Assembly (NCBI GenBank): GCA_963805625.1
Contig: CAWDVE010000010.1
Location: 2,132,582 to 2,196,581 of the forward strand
DNA from: an uncultured Candidatus Rokubacteria bacterium
GTDB taxonomy: Bacteria; Methylomirabilota; Methylomirabilia; Rokubacteriales; DASRDR01
Direction: 5' to 3'
DNA length: 64,000 nucleotides
This document shows, piece after piece, positions 10,246-19,561 of the stretch. The position numbers were made by a program, and so were the translations under genes. Numbering within the stretch: the first letter of the stretch is position 1; each line of letters begins with the position of its first letter. A model generated the notes under the pieces. That model worked only from the letters and a program-made list of their open reading frames with translations, ran no database searches and had not been told where the DNA came from.

Positions 10246-10662
10246 TCACTGCTTGGAACATGGCTCCTCGACAACGTTGAGCAGATCGACACCTTTCCCG
10301 ATCTCGCGCGCGCGTTCCAGCATCTCCCGCGCGCGCGCCGCGTCCGAGAACTCGGCGCACAGGCGTATCTCGCCCTCGAGACCGATGCGGGTTTGCTGGA
10401 GCTGCGCGACCTTGCCCTCTCGCCGGGCATCCTCGAGCATCGTCCACACCGCTTGCCACGCCCGCGAGGTCGCCTCGGGAACGCCTCGGCCTCGCGAGAG
10501 CGCATAGACGGCGAAGGCGGCCGGGCCGGCTCGTTCCCCCCCGTCGGTTCGGACCGGTATGGCGCATCCGGCCGCAGCCGTCCATGCGCTGAGGAGCCAT
10601 ACGAGCCCAACACGCTGATATTCCACGGCTGTCACGTCGTCCATACGCTCAGATAGGTCCAT
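10246..10662 (-). CDS. Hypothetical lipoprotein, first gene of the protease operon
   Basis: Lipobox AAGC; ALSRGRGVP and IGLEGEIRLC segments; 27 bp from the next gene; start uncertain. Confidence 0.7.
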   Translation of the reverse strand: MDLSERMDDVTAVEYQRVGLVWLLSAWTAAAGCAIPVRTDGGERAGPAAFAVYALSRGRGVPEATSRAWQAVWTMLEDARREGKVAQLQQTRIGLEGEIRLCAEFSDAARAREMLERAREIGKGVDLLNVVEEPCSKQ

Positions 10663-10730
10663 TTGATGCGCCGCCGCGTCCCAGGCAGTGTCAAGGGTGG
10701 CGCCGTCTCCGCTGCTGAACCGCTCTGAGA

Positions 10731-10752
10731 AGCGAGATTCGCGCCAACGAGG
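10731..10752 (-). promoter_or_regulatory. Sigma54 (-24/-12) promoter, leftward, for the protease operon
   Basis: Minus strand reads TTGGCGCG-AATC-TCGCT (GG-N10-GC); exact inverted copy at 11120-11141. Confidence 0.7.
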
Positions 10753-10841
10753 GACGTCGAGCCGTGAGAACGGGATTGTCCCGCCGTGACGGCGCTTAGT
10801 CCCCTAACCTGGTTGGGACCGCAAGGGCCCACTCTACGACC

Positions 10842-11050
10842 GGTGCACAGAAAGCAGGGCAGTGCGGTCCGCGGCAACGACACGCTCCAGCCTAGACCGT
10901 CAGAGAGTTCGATGAGTTGGAGGACGCTGCACTGTAGACTGTGCACCCTGCACTGTAGACTGTGCACCCTGCCGAACCCAGCGATTCTCCGATCGTTCGG
11001 GTGCATGGAGGCGCCCGTCGGGGAGCACCCTGCCCTGTTTTCTGTGCACC
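10842..11050. repeat. Four copies of a 21-bp motif CTGC(A/C)CTG-N4-CTGTGCACC (candidate enhancer sites)
   Basis: Reverse copy 10842-10862; exact tandem copies 10927-10947 and 10948-10968; forward copy 11030-11050. Confidence 0.85.
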
Positions 11051-11119
11051 ATCCCGAGAGTGCGTGGTCCAGCATGATGCGGACACAGCAGGCAGACCGG
11101 CGCTCTCCGGGTGGCACAG

Positions 11120-11141
11120 CCTCGTTGGCGCGAATCTCGCT
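11120..11141 (+). promoter_or_regulatory. Sigma54 (-24/-12) promoter, rightward
   Basis: CCTCGTTGGCGCGAATCTCGCT contains GG-N10-GC. Confidence 0.7.
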
Positions 11142-11210
11142 CCCCCACGTGGGTCGTACGACTGGACCACACCTCGAGCGTCTCCCCGGGTCGATCAAGG
11201 GTCGCCACGC

Positions 11211-11297
11211 GAAGGGAACGGCGACCAGCACGGCCACGGCACTCACTGTGCGGGCAGGATCTTCGGCCGGGACGTCAAGAACACGAGGATCGGCGCC
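11211..11297 (+). pseudogene. Subtilisin-like (S8) protease remnant, catalytic His region
   Basis: EGNGDQHGHGTHCAGRIFGRDVKNTRIG matches the S8 HGTHxAG motif; Asp and Ser regions absent. Confidence 0.7.
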
Positions 11298-11434
11298 CCG
11301 CCGTCGACGCATTCCCATTCCGAATGGCACCAACCACGGGGGGCGCGATGATCACCATTCTTCCCACTTCGCAATCCGCAACGGCGGCTCATGTCGTTGG
11401 CACGACGCCGGCGCGGACCCACGACGCGCAGATC

Positions 11435-12442
11435 TCATGGCCGCACGTACCGCACGGCACGGCCCTGGCCCACCCGCTGGAGCTCGCCCCGCGCTACCAG
11501 CGCGCCGAGCTCTCGTCGCGCCAGCGCGAGCCCCACACTCGCCGCCCGGGCAAGCTCTCCGGTCGACACGCCCGACGACGCGCCGGCGAGCTCGAGAGCC
11601 AAGTCCCGGCGGGGTACGCTCCCTGGCTGACGCGTGGAGGCCGGCGGCGAAATTACACCCGACGCCGCCGGCATGGGCTCCGGAAGCGCGAGATCCTCCG
11701 GGTGCAGCCAGCCACGCCCGCGGAGGAGCATCGCCTCCTCCAACACGGCCTCGAGCTCGCGGACGTTCCCCGGCCAGGGGTAGCCCGCGAGGCGGCGGAG
11801 GGCGCCGTCCGTCACGCCGTCGATCCGGATCCCGTGGCGCGCATTGATCTGCCGGCGCATGTGCTCGACCAGCATCGGCAGGTCGTCGAGCCGCGCGCGG
11901 AGCGGAGGCACCGTGAGGACGACGCGCCGCAGTCGGTAGTAGAGATCCTCGCGGAAGCGCCCCTCGCCCACGACCGCGCGCAGGTCGCGATGCGTGGCCG
12001 CGATCAGGCGGACGTCGACGTGGCCGGCGCGGCTTGCGCCCACCGCGCGGATCTCCCCGTCTCCCAGGAACCGGAGGAGCATCGCCTGGGCGTCGGGGGC
12101 GAGCTCGCCGACCTCGTCCAGGAACACCGTCCCGCTGTCCGCCTCCCGGAGGAGGCCGGCCCGGCGCTCGGCGGCGCCGGTGAACGCCCCGCGCTCGTGG
12201 CCGAAGAGCTCGCTCCGGAGGAGCTCGCGCGTCAGCGCCCCGCAGTTCACGGCCTCGAACAGGCGGCTGCGACGGCGGCTCAGCCGGTGGAGCGCGGCCG
12301 CGACGAGCTCCTTGCCGGTCCCGGTCTCGCCGAGGATCAGCACGGCCACGTCGTACGGGGCCACGCGCCGGATCCGGTCGAAGAGCGCTTGCATCCCCGC
12401 GCTCTGGCCGACCAGCCCCTCGAACCCCGGCAGTGGCTCCAC
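11435..12442 (-). CDS. Sigma54-dependent activator (bEBP) with no N-terminal sensor and a C-terminal winged-HTH
   Basis: [45 protein letters not shown]; GTG start after GGGGAGG. Confidence 0.9.
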   Translation of the reverse strand: MEPLPGFEGLVGQSAGMQALFDRIRRVAPYDVAVLILGETGTGKELVAAALHRLSRRRSRLFEAVNCGALTRELLRSELFGHERGAFTGAAERRAGLLREADSGTVFLDEVGELAPDAQAMLLRFLGDGEIRAVGASRAGHVDVRLIAATHRDLRAVVGEGRFREDLYYRLRRVVLTVPPLRARLDDLPMLVEHMRRQINARHGIRIDGVTDGALRRLAGYPWPGNVRELEAVLEEAMLLRGRGWLHPEDLALPEPMPAASGVISPPASTRQPGSVPRRDLALELAGASSGVSTGELARAASVGLALARRELGALVARGELQRVGQGRAVRYVRP

Positions 12443-12488
12443 GCTCCGTCCTCCCCGTTGTCGCGATGGCGACGCTGGGGACTGGCAG

Positions 12489-12504
12489 AGCAGCCTGGAT
12501 GCCA
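12489..12504 (-). promoter_or_regulatory. Sigma54 promoter for the sensor-less activator gene
   Basis: Minus strand TGGCATC-CAGG-CTGCT about 47 bp upstream of the start codon. Confidence 0.6.
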
Positions 12505-12713
12505 GGGACAGACGCGTGGCGGAAAGGCCCGTCGAATCTAGCGATCTGGCCGGTCGGACGGTGGACCAAGGCTGCAGTTTCGAGGCAGCCAGCCCGCATC
12601 CGGTGCGGGTCGACCGACACGGCGTGCAGACATTCCTTGGGAAATCGGCGGGCCCGGCGCTACCCTCCTGCCCACTCGGGCGCCCCATCGGCGCCCGAGC
12701 CAGGAGGCCAGCG

Positions 12714-14293
12714 ATGCTCTTCACTGAGGCCGAGTCGACCCTCGCGCGGGCGGTCGGCCAGCTGAGCGCCGGCAACCCCTTCCTCCTGGAGCGCCTCGAG
12801 GCCGAGCGCGCAGCCCTCGGCGACACCTTCGACCCCACCGGCACGCTGTGGCACTCCCCGGCCGAGCCCGAGCCCGCGCCGAACATTCGTCCGGATTGCG
12901 GCGCGCGCGACGACCCTCGCCGACGCGGCCCGCGAGCGCCTCGTCGAAGGCGCCCGGCCACGGGCCGAGGAGGTCGGGCTCTACGAGGACCTCGTCGTCT
13001 ACACGCTCTACGAGCGCCACCAGGGCGCCCTCTTCGCGTGGTTCCGCGCCCAGCCCGTTCCGAGTGGTCGCGTGCCGCTCTTCGACCGGTTCAGACGCGA
13101 CCTCACCCACTACCTCGCCGTCCGCGGGTGCGCGAGCCCGCTCCGCGAGCAGGCCGCCCACGTCTTCGCGGGCTACTACCAGGTCCGCCGCGCCTTCCAC
13201 CACATCCACGCGAACATCCTCGGCGAGTCGGGGCCGGCGCGGCGCCTCCGCGCGGCGGTCTGGCAGTCGATTTTCACGCGCGACGGGCGCCGCTACCGGC
13301 GCGCCCTCTACGCGCGGATGGGAGACGTCGCGACGCTGGTCACCGGCCCCTCGGGGACGGGCAAGGAGCTCGTCGCGCGGGCGATCGGGCTCGCGCGCTA
13401 CATCCCGTTCGACGCGGAGACGGGCGCGTTCGCCGAGCCGGTGGCGGGCGCGTTCTTCCCGCTGAATCTCTCGGCGCTCTCCCCGACCCTCATCGAGTCC
13501 GAGCTCTTCGGCCACCGGCGGGGCGCCTTCACGGGAGCCCTCGAGGACCGGAAGGGCTGGTTCGAAGTCTGCCCCGCCCTCGGCACGGTGTTCCTCGACG
13601 AGATCGGCGAGGTGGAGACGGCGATCCAGGTGAAGCTCCTCCGCGTGCTCCAGACCCGGACATTCCAGCGCCTCGGCGACACGGCGGACCGGGCGTTCTC
13701 GGGGAAGCTGATCGCCGCCACGAACCGCGATCTCCGCCAGGCGCTCGCCGCCGGCCGCTTCCGGGAGGACTTCTACTACCGCCTGTGCGCCGACCTCCTC
13801 GTCACGCCGTCCCTCGCCGAGCGGCTCCGGGACACGCCGGGGGAGCTCCGGACGCTCCTCCACGCCATCGCCCGTCGCGTCGCGGGCGACGAGGAGGCGG
13901 ACGAGGTCGCCGCGGAGGCCGAGAGCCTGGATCGCCCGGCACCTCGGCCCGGACTACGCCTGGCCCGGCAACGTGCGGGAGCTCGAGCAGTGCGTCCGGA
14001 ACCTCGTGATCCGGGGGACGTACGAGCCCCACGGATCCGCGCCGGCGGGCGCGCGGGCGACGTTCCTGGAGGCGATTGAGACGGGGGCGCTCAGCGCCGA
14101 CGCGCTCCTGCGCCACTACTGCACGTGGGTCTACGCGCAGACGGGGAGCTACAGCGAGACCGCCCGGCGGCTCGGCCTGGATCCCCGCACCGCGCGCGAC
14201 CGGGTCAATACCGCCTGGCTCGCTGAGCTCCGGGCGGCGGACGCTACATCAACGCCCCGAAACGGGAACCGGGCGCCGCGGCCACCGGCGTGA
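12714..14293 (+). CDS. Sigma54-dependent activator (RtcR-like AAA+) with unrecognised N-terminal domain; frameshifts near 12886 and 13925
   Basis: AGGAGG RBS; GPSGTGKE, ELFGHRRGAFTGA, FREDFYYRL, WPGNVRELEQC, C-terminal Fis-type HTH (GSYSETARRLGLD). Confidence 0.85.
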
Positions 14294-14446
14294 TTGCGAG
14301 CCTCGATGGGGCTGGCTGGCAATCCTCGTCGAAGCGGTCTCGGACCTGCTCCTTCTCGGATCGATGCACACTCGCTGGGCCCATTGGGTGGTCGGCCTCG
14401 CCTGGCTGGGCGTCTTGACCCTCATCGGCTGGGGACTCTGGCGCTC

Positions 14447-15997
14447 TTGCGTGGCCGGGTAGGCACGACGCTCCTCTTGGGCCTCGGGCTCGCTGCCTGC
14501 GCCGGCGGGCCTACGCTCGCCCGACTCGACCCGCCCGCCCGCGAAGCCCGCCTCGCCGGCGACGCGGCCGCGGTGGAGGTCTACCGGGCCGGACTCCGCG
14601 ACGTCGTCGCCTACGTCGACACGCGTCCGGACCTGTTCGCCCGGGACCGCTCGCCCGCGCCGGCGCTCCCGTCGCGGGAGGCGCGCGAGGCGGTCTGGGC
14701 CGCGTGGCAGCGCTTCCTCGACTACGTGCTCGCGCTCGACACGATCGGACGCGCGCATCAGCGGTTCGCCGAGCTCGAGCCGCCCGCCCGCGCGCAGTCG
14801 TTCGCGATCGCCCACGCGGCCTTCGTCGCCCAGTACCGCTTCGCCCTCGACCTCCTCGACCGCCTCGATCGGAACCCCGACCTCCAGCCTCAGCTGAACG
14901 AGCCGGTGCCCGAGCTCGGGCTCCCGACGGGCACGTACGCCCGCGTGCGGCTCCGCTTCCTCAACGTGGCCCGGAGCACCGAGTTCACCGCCCTCGGGAT
15001 GGTGGACGCGGACACCAAGGGCGCGGCCTCAGCCGGGCTGGCGGCCGGCATCGCGGAGGACCGCGCGGCCATCTGGCGCTATGGCGCCGGGCGGGGCCAG
15101 GTCATGACGGCGATGAACGCCCTCCAGGTCGTCCAGCGCGCCGCCTTCGCGGGATGGTTCCCGGTGCAGCGGGGATCGCCGAATGGATGGGCGATACGCG
15201 GCTCGACGCCCCACGGACGCGCCCTGGTGACGCCGGCCCAGGTGGCCGTGCTCGCGCTGGCACTCGAGCCGGGCGACATCCTGCTCGTCCGGCGCGAGTG
15301 GTACCTCTCCAACATCGGGATCCCGGGATTCTGGCCCCATGCTGTTCTCTACGTCGGGACCCCGGAGGAGCGCCGCCGAGTCTTTGCCGGTCGCGAGGTC
15401 GCCGCCTGGGTCCAGGCCCGCGGCCAGGTGAACGGCGACTTCGAGGCTCTCCTCGCCCGGACCCATCCGGCCGCCCACGCGCGGGCCCTCGCGGCCGACG
15501 GCGCTGCGCCTCGGCGCGCGCTCGAGGCGCTCAGCGAGGGCGTCGTGTTCACGACGCTCGAGCACGCGGCCGGCGCCGACCACGTCGCGGCCCTGCGCCC
15601 GCGGCTGCCGGTCGTGGAGAAGGCCGCCGCGATCCTCCGGGCCTTCGGCTACGCGGGCCGCCCCTACGACTTCAACTTCGACTTCCGGACGGACGCCGCC
15701 CTGGTCTGCTCCGAGCTGATCTACAAGGCCTACGAGCCCGGCCCCGGCCGCCAGGGCCTGCGCTTGCCTCTGGTCGACGTCCTTGGCCGCCCGGTCCTTC
15801 CGCCGAGCGAAATCGCACGGCTCTTTGATGCCGAGTTCGGGACGCCGGCGGCGCAGCTTGAGCTCGTGCGGTTCCTCGATGGCCGGGAGGCGACCGGCGT
15901 GGCGGTAGACGGCGACGTCAAGGCATTCCGTCGGAGCTGGCAGCGGCCGAAGTGGCCGACGGTAGCGGCCGAACCGCCGCCTCGAGAGTCGATGTGA
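14447..15997 (+). CDS. Permuted papain-like NlpC/P60 (YiiX/YebB-like) lipoprotein
   Basis: Lipobox LAAC after TTG start; PGDILL..GFWPHAVLY, then YDFNFD..LVCSELIYKAY (His before Cys); probable compensating indels at ~15170-15210. Confidence 0.8.
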   Translation: MRGRVGTTLLLGLGLAACAGGPTLARLDPPAREARLAGDAAAVEVYRAGLRDVVAYVDTRPDLFARDRSPAPALPSREAREAVWAAWQRFLDYVLALDTIGRAHQRFAELEPPARAQSFAIAHAAFVAQYRFALDLLDRLDRNPDLQPQLNEPVPELGLPTGTYARVRLRFLNVARSTEFTALGMVDADTKGAASAGLAAGIAEDRAAIWRYGAGRGQVMTAMNALQVVQRAAFAGWFPVQRGSPNGWAIRGSTPHGRALVTPAQVAVLALALEPGDILLVRREWYLSNIGIPGFWPHAVLYVGTPEERRRVFAGREVAAWVQARGQVNGDFEALLARTHPAAHARALAADGAAPRRALEALSEGVVFTTLEHAAGADHVAALRPRLPVVEKAAAILRAFGYAGRPYDFNFDFRTDAALVCSELIYKAYEPGPGRQGLRLPLVDVLGRPVLPPSEIARLFDAEFGTPAAQLELVRFLDGREATGVAVDGDVKAFRRSWQRPKWPTVAAEPPPRESM

Positions 15998-16105
15998 GGG
16001 TCGCACGGATATGAGCCGCTCCCCGAGTCTGGTCCGGATCCGAGCCTCGGTGTTGGGCCATCGAGCCGCCCCCGAGCGTGCTAGCCTGGGCGGACCGGAG
16101 CCGCC

Positions 16106-19100
16106 GTGATGCAGTGTCCCCGGTGCCGAACCGAGAATCCCGCTGGCATGAAGTTCTGTGGCCAGTGCGCGACACCGCTCGCGTCCGTCTGCCCGTCCTG
16201 CGCCGCCACCAATCCTCCTGGCAACAGGTTTTGCGGACACTGTGCGGCGCCGCTCGCGAAGACGGCCGAGCCCCGGTTCGGGTCGCCCGAATCCTACACA
16301 CCCAGACACCTCGCCGAGAAGATCCTCACATCGAAAGGCGCACTCGAAGGTGAGCGCAAGCAGGTGACGGTGCTCTTCGCCGATCTGAAGGGCTCGATGG
16401 AGCTCCTCGCGGACCGCGACCCGGAAGAGGCGCGAAATCTCCTCGACCCGGTGCTCGAGCGCATGATGGAGTCGGTCCATCACTACGAGGGGACCGTCAA
16501 CCAGGTCATGGGTGACGGCATCATGGCGCTCTTCGGGGCACCGATTGGGCACGAGGATCACGCCGTTCGCGCCTGCCACGCGGCACTCCGGATGCTGCGA
16601 CGGATCGGCCTCTACGCGGACGAGATTCAGCGCGAGGGCGGCACCCCGGTGCAGATCCGTGTGGGGCTCAACTCCGGCGAGGTGGTCGTGCGCGCCATCG
16701 GCAGCGACCTCCGCATGGACTACAGCGCCGTGGGCCAGACGACCCATCTCGCCGCCCGGATGGAGCAGATGGCGAAGCCCGGTTCCGCGTTGATCACCGG
16801 CGACACCCTGAAGCTGGCCGAGGGCTACATCCAGGTCCGTCCGCTCGGAGCGGTTCCCGTGAAGGGGCTCGAGGCGCCGACGCCGGTCTACGAGCTGACG
16901 GCGCTCATCCCAACCCGCTCCCGGTTCCAGGCGAGCGCCGCCGCGCGCGGCCTGACCCGGTTCGTCGGGCGCGACAGCGAGCTCCAGCAGCTGGGGCAGG
17001 CCCTCGAGCGTGCCGCCGCAGGGCACGGCCAAGCGGTCGCCGTCGTGGGCGAGGCGGGCGTCGGGAAATCGCGGCTCACCTGGGAGCTCACGCGGTCCCA
17101 CCGCACCCACGGCTGGCTGGTGCTCGAGAGCGGCTCAGTCTCCTACGGGAAGGCGACGCCGTACCTGCCCGTCATCGACTTGCTGAAGACGTATTTCCGG
17201 ATCCAGGAGCGGGACGACCCGCGGGCGATCCGCGAGCGTGTGGCGGGAAAGCTCCTGATGCTGGACCGCGGGCTGGAACCGCTCCTCACACCGCCGCTCC
17301 TAGCGTTGCTGGACGTGCCGGTCGACGAGGCCGCGTGGGACACCCTCGACCGGGCCCAGCGCCGACGGAGGACCCTCGAGGCGGTCAAGCAGCTGCTTCT
17401 CCGGGAGAGTCAGGTCCAGCCGCTGCTCGTGGTCTTCGAGGATCTCCACTGGATCGACTCCGAGACCCAGGCGCTCCTCGACGGCCTTATCGAGAGCCTT
17501 CCGACCGCCCGGATGCTGCTCCTCGTCAACTACCGGCCCGAGTACGAGCACACCTGGGGCCGCAAGACCTACTATCTCCAGCTGCGGATCGATCCCTTGC
17601 CGCCCGAGAGCGCCGACGCGTTGCTTCATGCCCTCCTCGGTGACGATCGGACCCTCGCCCCACTCAGGAAGGTTCTGATCCACCGCACCGAGGGGAATCC
17701 CTTCTTCCTCGAGGAGAGCGTGAGAACGCTCGTGGAGACACAGGTGCTGATCGGCGAGCGCGGGACCTATCGGCTGGCGAAGGCGCCGGACGCGTGGCAG
17801 ATCCCGGCGACGGCGCAGGCGATCCTCGTCGCGCGCATCGACCGGCTCTCGCCCGACGACAAGCGCCTCCTCCAGGCCGCCGCCGTCATCGGGAAGGACA
17901 TGCCGTTCGCGCTCCTCCAGGCCATCGCGGACGTGCCCGAGGAGGATCTTCGCCGAGGCCTCGCGCACCTCCAGGCAGCCGAGTTCCTGTACGAGACGAG
18001 CCTCTTCCCGGATCTCGAGTACACCTTCAAGCACGCGCTCACCCACGAGGTCGCCTACGGGAGCGTGCTCCAGGACCGGCGCCGTGCGCTCCACGCCCGG
18101 ATCGTCGACGGCATCGAGGCGGTCCACGCCGAGCGGCTGGGCGAGCACGTCGAGCGGCTCGCCCATCATGCCGTGCGGGGCGAGATGTGGGACAAGGCTC
18201 TCGCCTATCTCCACCAAGCCGGCGCGAAGGCGATGGCTCGCTCGGTCCACCGACAGGCCGTGGCACACTTTGAGCAGGCGCTCGTGGTCCTGGAACGGCT
18301 GCCGGCGACTAGCGACACGGTAGAGCTGAGCATTGACCTGCGCCTCGATCTCCGCACGGCCCTCCTGCCCAGTGGCGAGTTCGCTCGCATCCGCGTGGTC
18401 CTGCGCGAGGCGGAAGCGCTCGCCGTCCGAGCCGGTGACCGACGTCGCCTCGTGCGGGCCGCACAGTTCCTCTGCGTGTCCGCCTACGTCGCCGGAGAGC
18501 ACGCTCAGGCGCTGGCCTCGGGCAATCGTGCCCTCGTAGCGGCGACCGAGCTCGGCGATGTGGGCCTCCAGGCGGTCTCGAACAATTACATCGGCTTCAG
18601 CCATCTCGGGCGCACGGACTATAGCCAGGCGGAGGCGTGCCTCCGTCGGTCGGCGGGCGCCCTTGTCGGCCCGCTCCTTCGCGAGCGCCTCGGCCAAGTC
18701 ATGCTCGTCTCCGCGGCGTCCCGTTCATTTCTCGCGTGGAGCCTGGTCGAACTCGGGAAGTTCACCGAGGCGACCGCTTTCGCGGAAGAAGCCGTCCAGA
18801 TCGCCGAAGCTGCCACTCACCCGGCCAGCGTGCTAGTGGCGCACCTCGGGCTCGGCCTGTCCGCCGTACGGCAGGGGCGGCTCGGTCGAGGGATGTCGAG
18901 CCTGGAACGGGCGCTCGCCATCTGCCGCGATCTCGACCTGCCGCTCTACGTGCACTACGTGGCGCCGCCTCTGGCGCTCGCCTATGCTCTGTCGGGACGC
19001 CCGCGTGAGGCGGTGAACTTGCTCGAGCAGGCAGTCCAACAGGACGTCACCATGGGTGTCATGTGCCATCACGCCCTTACCCTGGCGACCCTCGGCGAGG

Positions 19101-19486
19101 TCTACCTTGAGGCGGGCCGCCCTCTGGATGCTCGAGCGTCCGCCGATCGAGCCCTCCAGCTCTCCCGGGAACGAGGGGAAGCCGGACACGAAGCCCACGC
19201 GCTCCGCGTCCTCGGTGACGCGAACGTCGCAGTCGAGCCGCTTGAGGCCGGACATGCCGATGCCGCCTACCGTCAGGCCCTCGCCCTGGCCGAGAAACAC
19301 GGGATGCGTCCGCTCGTGGCCCACTGCCACCTCGGCCTCGGCAAGCTCTACCGCCGCATCGACGATCGGGCGAAGGGCGACGAGTCCTTGGCGGCCGCGG
19401 CGATGATGTACCGCGAGATGCAGATGGGCTTCTGGCTGGAAAAGGCGGAGGCGCACCTGGGCCGTCCCAACAGGAGCTCATCCTGA
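16106..19486 (+). CDS. Class III adenylate/guanylate cyclase with double zinc ribbon, STAND/AAA ATPase and TPRs
   Basis: Four CxxC pairs; VTVLFADLKGS, MGDG, HLAARME; Walker A GEAGVGKS; FEDLHWID; GNPFF; helical repeats. Confidence 0.93.
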   Translation: MMQCPRCRTENPAGMKFCGQCATPLASVCPSCAATNPPGNRFCGHCAAPLAKTAEPRFGSPESYTPRHLAEKILTSKGALEGERKQVTVLFADLKGSMELLADRDPEEARNLLDPVLERMMESVHHYEGTVNQVMGDGIMALFGAPIGHEDHAVRACHAALRMLRRIGLYADEIQREGGTPVQIRVGLNSGEVVVRAIGSDLRMDYSAVGQTTHLAARMEQMAKPGSALITGDTLKLAEGYIQVRPLGAVPVKGLEAPTPVYELTALIPTRSRFQASAAARGLTRFVGRDSELQQLGQALERAAAGHGQAVAVVGEAGVGKSRLTWELTRSHRTHGWLVLESGSVSYGKATPYLPVIDLLKTYFRIQERDDPRAIRERVAGKLLMLDRGLEPLLTPPLLALLDVPVDEAAWDTLDRAQRRRRTLEAVKQLLLRESQVQPLLVVFEDLHWIDSETQALLDGLIESLPTARMLLLVNYRPEYEHTWGRKTYYLQLRIDPLPPESADALLHALLGDDRTLAPLRKVLIHRTEGNPFFLEESVRTLVETQVLIGERGTYRLAKAPDAWQIPATAQAILVARIDRLSPDDKRLLQAAAVIGKDMPFALLQAIADVPEEDLRRGLAHLQAAEFLYETSLFPDLEYTFKHALTHEVAYGSVLQDRRRALHARIVDGIEAVHAERLGEHVERLAHHAVRGEMWDKALAYLHQAGAKAMARSVHRQAVAHFEQALVVLERLPATSDTVELSIDLRLDLRTALLPSGEFARIRVVLREAEALAVRAGDRRRLVRAAQFLCVSAYVAGEHAQALASGNRALVAATELGDVGLQAVSNNYIGFSHLGRTDYSQAEACLRRSAGALVGPLLRERLGQVMLVSAASRSFLAWSLVELGKFTEATAFAEEAVQIAEAATHPASVLVAHLGLGLSAVRQGRLGRGMSSLERALAICRDLDLPLYVHYVAPPLALAYALSGRPREAVNLLEQAVQQDVTMGVMCHHALTLATLGEVYLEAGRPLDARASADRALQLSRERGEAGHEAHALRVLGDANVAVEPLEAGHADAAYRQALALAEKHGMRPLVAHCHLGLGKLYRRIDDRAKGDESLAAAAMMYREMQMGFWLEKAEAHLGRPNRSSS

Positions 19487-19561
19487 ACCAGATCGAAGCA
19501 GCCGGGCTCTCAGCGAGGTTGGCCGAGATCAGAGGGCAGGTCACACTGGACTCGCTCCGGC

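Noticed and set aside
10927-10972. 21-bp tandem repeat as a mini CRISPR array
   Set aside because: The copies are adjacent with no spacers and no cas genes are nearby; they fit better as regulator binding sites
11111-12541. Long plus-strand ORF, and similar shadow ORFs such as 32732-34459, 56066-57952 and 15029-17110
   Set aside because: They are antisense or off-frame shadows of motif-supported genes, as expected in high-GC DNA
19487-19560. Possible IS3-like end (..AGAGGGCAGGTCACA)
   Set aside because: No partner end or transposase is nearby; the match is too short to support
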